From a virus, in the IMG/VR virus record IMGVR_UViG_3300027896_005310, positions 6,305-70,304 of that record: 64,000 bases of DNA. One strand, written 5' to 3'. The notes below the pieces were generated by a model that saw nothing but the letters and a program-made list of their open reading frames with translations, ran no database searches and was not told the origin of the DNA. Made by a program: the position numbers and the translations under genes. This document shows, one piece after another, positions 59,106-64,000 of this stretch. Each line of letters opens with the position of its first letter. Position 1 is the stretch's first letter.

Positions 59106-59119
59106 TATATTTCTTTTTT

Positions 59120-59794
59120 TTAACTAATAATTGGACTACCACCAGCATTAGTATATCTAGCAGATCCACCTTGTCCATATGGATTATTACCAGAGTCACT
59201 TGATCCTAGAGCACCTACAAATTGTTGATAATTAGATTTTCCATCAATTATATCTGAACAACTTAATTCACATGTCTCTTGTACTATTGCTGTATCAGAA
59301 GTAAATGATGAACTATAACTAGTCATCCAACATGCTTCATAAAAAGTAAGAAGCGCTTGTAATCCAGGCTCAGAAGATTGGCGCACTCCCTGTGCTCCAT
59401 TTAAGTTTTGGGTCGCTATCTCAGAAAAAACTATCTCTTGTTTAATGTCAAAGGGCCAACGGTGATGTTTCAGTGCTCTTACTAAACCATCTGTCCCAGC
59501 AGTATAACCAAAAACTTGCATTAAAAGAGATAAGTACAATGCTGTTCTTGTTACTGAAATAGTAATAGGATCAGATACGCCTGGAATTAATTCTGCGATT
59601 TGATCTCCATATCCAATTCCTCTTACGGGTTCTACTGCTCTATTATCACTAGGATCAAAAGTAGCTAAAACTCCAACTTGTAAAAATTTGTTATACCCAG
59701 CTGGTTTAGCATATATTTTATTTTTAGTTGACAAAACTGATCGGGTCTGTGGAGCCATTCCTGTGCGATAAATATATCCTTCACTTAGGTTCAT
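59120..59794 (-). CDS. putative tail tube protein
   Basis: AGGAGG RBS; VEPVRGIG..ELIPG..ISVTR..PFDI..YEACWMTSYS pattern like contractile tail tubes. Confidence 0.6.
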   Translation of the reverse strand: MNLSEGYIYRTGMAPQTRSVLSTKNKIYAKPAGYNKFLQVGVLATFDPSDNRAVEPVRGIGYGDQIAELIPGVSDPITISVTRTALYLSLLMQVFGYTAGTDGLVRALKHHRWPFDIKQEIVFSEIATQNLNGAQGVRQSSEPGLQALLTFYEACWMTSYSSSFTSDTAIVQETCELSCSDIIDGKSNYQQFVGALGSSDSGNNPYGQGGSARYTNAGGSPIIS

Positions 59795-59896
59795 ATATCC
59801 TCCTATTTTTTTTTTTAAAATCTGAATAAGAGGAAATATTAATAAAATATTTAAAATTAAAGCTTGACTTAATTTTTTAAATTAAGATAATACACT

Positions 59897-60180
59897 ATGA
59901 CTAAAAAATCTACATTAGAAGAATTTAAAGCCAGATTACCTGAAAGAATGACAGTTCAGGAGATGTTTACAATTTCTTAGGTTTCCAAAAAATAAAAGAA
60001 CTTCCTCCTGATTATAGTTATGTTTTTATAAAGAAAATAAAAAGAATATCTAAATCTTCATTAAGAAAAAATAAAAAAGAAAGAGAATCTACTCTAACAG
60101 AGCATCAATTAAGATTGAACCAAAAATTATATCGAATATATGATTGTGATAAAATAAGATGGGAGTATAATTTGATTTAA
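59897..60180 (+). pseudogene. internally deleted endonuclease-like gene remnant
   Basis: MTKKSTLEEFKARLPE start out of frame with GDVYNFLGF..PPDYSY..LYRIYDCDKIRW, a tail like those of Hef-type free-standing endonucleases; TTGACT promoter element at 59864. Confidence 0.5.
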
Positions 60181-61637
60181 GAATTTAATTTCAAGATACT
60201 TAAAATATCACCCAATTCGCCTTTGATGACTAAATCTTCTGTTGCTTCAATTAATTTTTCTAATTTACCAGATGTAGAGGATTTGTATTCCTGGGATAAT
60301 CTTTCTAGAGAGGACTTTGTTTTTTTTAAGAGGTCTTGTTTTTTTTCTTCTATTAAATCTAAGATTTTTTTATCTACTCCATTACCCTCATCATCTTCTT
60401 TCATAGAGGGAATTTTTTCTCTTTTTTCTAATTCTTTTATTTTATCTAATAGGGGATGTTTTTTATGTTCATCAATTTTTTCAATATGTTTTACACTATC
60501 AAATAAAGTTACTCTTATTTTATCTAAAGGCTCTATAGCTTCTTTAATTTTTAATTTTCCCCATCCCTTTTTCAATTTCATTATTAGACCCAATAACTCA
60601 TTCTCTATTTCAGGCACTCTTTCATGTCCTCTTTGGTATTGATTTAAAAGATCTAAAACATCTTCTGTATATTTAAAATAAGAATCATAATAATTTCTTG
60701 GTTTTAATTCTTTTATTTTATTAATAGTTTCAATTATTTCTTTTGTAGGAGTAGATAAATCTGGCATTTCAGAACGAGGATGTATGATTGCTGGTCCTTG
60801 TTTTAAATGTCTTTTTTTATTTTTATAATCATGTAAATATTCTAAAATTCCAGGCATTCCCCCATAAGTTTTAGAAGCTAATAAAAGTTCATTAATCAAA
60901 TCCATATTAAATAAATTTTTTAATTTTTTAATTAACTCTGCGACATCTTGGATTTTTTGCTTTTTTATTAAATTAATTAAATACTCTCTGTCTTTTAAAT
61001 TAAATTCTTTTTTATCTTTATCTAACTCAGGTGTTTCTTCTTTTTTATCTTCAGGTTTTTTTACTTCAGAACTAGCAATTAAAGCTTTCTCTACAATTGC
61101 AATAGCTTCAGAAGAAGAGGACGCTCTTAAAAATACAGCTTTAATTTTAGAACAAATATTTTCAGGTAAAATAGCTTTTAATTCTGTTAATATTGCTTCT
61201 CTGCTAATAATAGCTTCTTTATTTTTATCTTGTATTTTGCGCCATTCATTTTTTATTGTATTTAATAATTCGGTATCTTTATTTTCGTCATAAAATTTAT
61301 CAGACAATTCTTTCAATTTAGGAAGATGGGATTTTATTTCAAAATTTCCCTTTAATTTTTCTAAATTTGATTTAACTATATCCACATCTATTTTATTTAA
61401 AGAAACTTTTCCAAAATTTTTAGGAGGTTCTTCAAACGAACTCTGAGCATCAGATGTCATCCACACATTTTTTGACCAAATTAATCCAGATTGAGGATGA
61501 GTCTCCCCTTCTGTTTTTCCCTTATATGGGGGCAACGATTTTATAATTAGATTTATACGGGAAGTAAATGCAGCAAATAAAGACAATTCTCCCAATTTCT
61601 GAATAGCGTTTTCTAATACTTGATTCAAATTACTCAT
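60177..61637 (-). CDS. hypothetical helical protein
   Basis: 486-aa K/E-rich ORF with GGAG RBS. Confidence 0.6.
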   Translation of the reverse strand: MSNLNQVLENAIQKLGELSLFAAFTSRINLIIKSLPPYKGKTEGETHPQSGLIWSKNVWMTSDAQSSFEEPPKNFGKVSLNKIDVDIVKSNLEKLKGNFEIKSHLPKLKELSDKFYDENKDTELLNTIKNEWRKIQDKNKEAIISREAILTELKAILPENICSKIKAVFLRASSSSEAIAIVEKALIASSEVKKPEDKKEETPELDKDKKEFNLKDREYLINLIKKQKIQDVAELIKKLKNLFNMDLINELLLASKTYGGMPGILEYLHDYKNKKRHLKQGPAIIHPRSEMPDLSTPTKEIIETINKIKELKPRNYYDSYFKYTEDVLDLLNQYQRGHERVPEIENELLGLIMKLKKGWGKLKIKEAIEPLDKIRVTLFDSVKHIEKIDEHKKHPLLDKIKELEKREKIPSMKEDDEGNGVDKKILDLIEEKKQDLLKKTKSSLERLSQEYKSSTSGKLEKLIEATEDLVIKGELGDILSILKLNS

Positions 61638-61732
61638 TTAAAAATCTCCCATTAATAAATAGATTTAACAACATTTCTAAAAATATTGATAAATTATTAT
61701 TATAAGATTATAATAAAAGGAAAATTAGTTTT

Positions 61733-62332
61733 ATGTACAACTCCATTTTAAGAGTAAATGACAAAGTAAAAAAAATAGATGATTTATATTTTAAAAATTA
61801 TGGGGGAGCGAACTATACTAAAAATTATCAATTATATACAAAACCTGCTGAATATATAATTCAAGATCTTTTAGATAAAAATATTTACTTTCATACTCTT
61901 TTGGATATAGGATGTGCTAGTGGGGAATTAGTAAGAGACTTGAGACGTTTGGGGGTAGATGCTTATGGAATTGAAAATAATGAAGATATTTTGAAAAAAT
62001 GTGTTGTACCTAAATATTGTTTACATTTAGATATGGATAATCTTGAACAATTACCCCTTACTAAATTTGATATAATTTATACTAATTCGATGATGTATTG
62101 TTTTCCTCAAAATGTGCTTAATACCCTTCAAAAGATGCATAATATCTGCCAGAAAGCAGTTTGTTTTTATAACCCATTCTTGAAGGAGTGCTCATTTAAA
62201 GACCCTTACAGGGTATTTCTAGCGTCTAGAATATGGTGGGAAAAGCAATTTGAGGAAGCTAACTTCAAATCTTTAGGTAAAGATGTGTATGCTAAAATCT
62301 ATTTTGCAGAGAATAACTTAAATAGTTTGTAA
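61733..62332 (+). CDS. class I SAM-dependent methyltransferase
   Basis: LLDIGCASG, AYGIE, FDII; WWEKQF tail as in sugar methyltransferases. Confidence 0.75.
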   Translation: MYNSILRVNDKVKKIDDLYFKNYGGANYTKNYQLYTKPAEYIIQDLLDKNIYFHTLLDIGCASGELVRDLRRLGVDAYGIENNEDILKKCVVPKYCLHLDMDNLEQLPLTKFDIIYTNSMMYCFPQNVLNTLQKMHNICQKAVCFYNPFLKECSFKDPYRVFLASRIWWEKQFEEANFKSLGKDVYAKIYFAENNLNSL

Positions 62333-62493
62333 TAGGTCATCTTTTTTGTAGGCAAGCTCTTATGCTTCTTGTAAAAAGTTACGCCCACATCATCAACGAT
62401 AAACATTCCTAATTTTTTATTTTTTTCAAAAATTGATACTGAAAAATTTAAAGCAGTTTCAATTTTTTTTGATGATCCTTTTATCTTTTTCAT
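62299..62493 (-). CDS. hypothetical protein
   Basis: 64 aa with ATGA overlap to 62490..63044. Confidence 0.45.
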   Translation of the reverse strand: MKKIKGSSKKIETALNFSVSIFEKNKKLGMFIVDDVGVTFYKKHKSLPTKKMTYYKLFKLFSAK

Positions 62494-63044
62494 TTCAGTT
62501 CCTTTAAGATTTTAATCATAACTTCTGCTTCTTCTACAATAAAATATCTAATTGTTTCTTTGTTGTCTTTTTCAGAGGCATAAGGGCATACAATATCTTT
62601 AGAAGAACATTTTCGACTTAATCCAGCTAATGCTCCTCCAATTACTGATCCCTCTTTTCGACCTTTCTTTCTTTTGATATCTGGAAATAGATGTCTATTT
62701 TTTTCTATCAAAAAATCTATAATAGCATTACCTTTTTTCTCAAAAATGTTTATCAAAATATTTTTTTGTAAAGCAGTTAAAGCTAATTCTTCTATCAAAG
62801 AAGAAGCAGTCTTTTCTGTCCAATTTCTAATTTTCTTTTCTATTACAACATTTTGTGTTTTAAAATTTTCCAAATAAGAATCTAAATTCACAACAAACTT
62901 TTCATTGTTAGGAAGAAAATCAAAAAAGAAATTAGGATCATTTTTAGCCATTTCTAAAAGTTTATCTTTCCCTAAATGAGATTCTAATTTTTGATATACT
63001 TGTAATAAGGGATATATGCCTTCTAATTTTAAAACTCTGTTCAT
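62490..63044 (-). CDS. hypothetical protein, possibly DNA-binding
   Basis: 184 aa with AAGG RBS. Confidence 0.55.
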   Translation of the reverse strand: MNRVLKLEGIYPLLQVYQKLESHLGKDKLLEMAKNDPNFFFDFLPNNEKFVVNLDSYLENFKTQNVVIEKKIRNWTEKTASSLIEELALTALQKNILINIFEKKGNAIIDFLIEKNRHLFPDIKRKKGRKEGSVIGGALAGLSRKCSSKDIVCPYASEKDNKETIRYFIVEEAEVMIKILKELK

Positions 63045-63231
63045 ATCTTAACCTTTGAAAAAATTTTTACACTAAAAATAGTATAAAATAGATGACCAAA
63101 TAAATCAAGGATGGATTCTATACCAAAAATTAATAGCTTTGCAAACTAACACATTCTTACCTTTAAAATATCTTATAACTTATTAAATTCACAGGAGTTT
63201 AATGTGATCTATTTCGCTTGTAAAATTAACA

Positions 63232-63612
63232 ATGCGTACCATGAAAACCAAATATGCTTCTCATATCAAACTGTCACAAAAAAGAGGCATCCCTACTTAT
63301 CTCACTTATGATCAGTTCTGGGAGCTGAAATTCGCTAATTGTTATTACTGTGATATTGAATTAAGATTTTTAGAGGATTATTGTAAAAGGTTAAACATAG
63401 AAACCCCGTGGATGACCTTAGATAGGCGCGATAATAATTTACCATATACTTTAAATAATACTGTAGCTGCGTGTTATTTGTGTAATAAAACAAAAGGCAA
63501 TATTTTTACTGCTGAAGAGATGAGAGAAATAGGACAAAAATTTATTAAACCCAAATGGATGAAATTTTATGATGAAGTGGATGGGGATTTTAGCGGATGG
63601 ATTATCAAGTGA
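63232..63612 (+). CDS. HNH-type endonuclease-like protein
   Basis: CYYC..LDRRDNNLPYTLNNTVAACYLCNKTKG. Confidence 0.75.
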   Translation: MRTMKTKYASHIKLSQKRGIPTYLTYDQFWELKFANCYYCDIELRFLEDYCKRLNIETPWMTLDRRDNNLPYTLNNTVAACYLCNKTKGNIFTAEEMREIGQKFIKPKWMKFYDEVDGDFSGWIIK

Positions 63613-63710
63613 ATAATTAGTTATGAACGTTATACCAAATAAAACCAATTAAATCAACAAATTACTAAGTTTTTAGGAATATAAACAAATCTAGTTTCTA
63701 CCTAAATTTC

Positions 63711-63739
63711 TTGACTTTATTCATCAAATATTTTATACT
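63711..63739 (+). promoter_or_regulatory. sigma70 promoter
   Basis: TTGACT-N17-TATACT followed by AGGAG RBS. Confidence 0.75.
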
Positions 63740-63757
63740 CTTAAATAGGAGCATAAA

Positions 63758-64000
63758 ATGGAAAAGATCAAAGGTATTGAGACTAGAAAAAATAAAAAAG
63801 GCACTAGAATATATTTCAGAGTGTCCACCTCTATAAATGGTAAACTCATTAGAGGCGCATGGTGCGATTTTCTTGAGGACGCTCAGAAAGAATTGCAAAA
63901 ATATTTAGATTTAAGAGTAGAACTCCCTAAGAGAAATCAACACACTAAAGTAAAAAATGATCTTAAAATAGAGCAATTTTTAAAAGAGTACTATGAGTAT
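63758..64000 (+). CDS. partial ORF, possible tyrosine recombinase N-terminus
   Basis: MEKIKGIETRKNKKGTRIYFRVSTSINGKLIR..EDAQKEL..LKIEQFLKEYYEY, open to window end; resembles an arm-binding domain. Confidence 0.4.
   Translation, partial: MEKIKGIETRKNKKGTRIYFRVSTSINGKLIRGAWCDFLEDAQKELQKYLDLRVELPKRNQHTKVKNDLKIEQFLKEYYEY

Noticed and set aside
7685-62877. Short + strand ORFs nested in minus-strand genes (e.g. 7685, 10191, 13378, 18588, 27470, 32664, 40122, 45183, 60223, 62674)
   Set aside because: They overlap better-supported genes and lack motifs
63698-63898. 66-aa minus-strand ORF
   Set aside because: Overlaps the + strand promoter, RBS and ORF starting at 63758
1-64000. Stop-codon reassignment
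   Set aside because: Recognisable genes are full length in the standard code, and TAA, TAG and TGA all end genes
1-64000. CRISPR array, tRNA or rRNA genes
   Set aside because: None seen by eye; repeats at 15731 and 27094 are coding, and the 12922/13092 pair has only two copies 170 bp apart. tRNAscan-SE was not run

Overview
AT-rich segment of a jumbo-phage-like tailed dsDNA virus genome, standard genetic code, with almost all genes on the minus strand. The head/packaging module (~21-41 kb) holds a putative small terminase, an intein-containing large terminase with a probable ATC start, portal, protease-like and acidic scaffold-like proteins, a decoration protein, and a major capsid gene split by a 1127-nt group I intron encoding a LAGLIDADG endonuclease. 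A host-like replication/transcription block encodes DnaN, DnaX, a primase TOPRIM core, an RdgC-like protein, NusG, a sigma-like factor and DnaJ. Accessory genes include a fragmented NitT/TauT-type ABC transporter with an OmpA-fused binding protein, a dual-specificity phosphatase, a stand-alone sigma70 region 4, an AAA+/M41 protease, glycosyltransferases with RmlA, and an ADP-ribosylhydrolase/nucleoside hydrolase cluster. Most notable: two tandem free-standing LAGLIDADG genes, each fused to a different DNA-modification domain (amino-MTase-like and Mom-like); a duplicated, covarying RNA stem-loop upstream of the decoration and capsid genes; a recurrent short motif in many unrelated proteins (possible capsid-targeting signal); and two unannotated small transcription units. 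All family assignments come from motif recognition by eye, not database searches.
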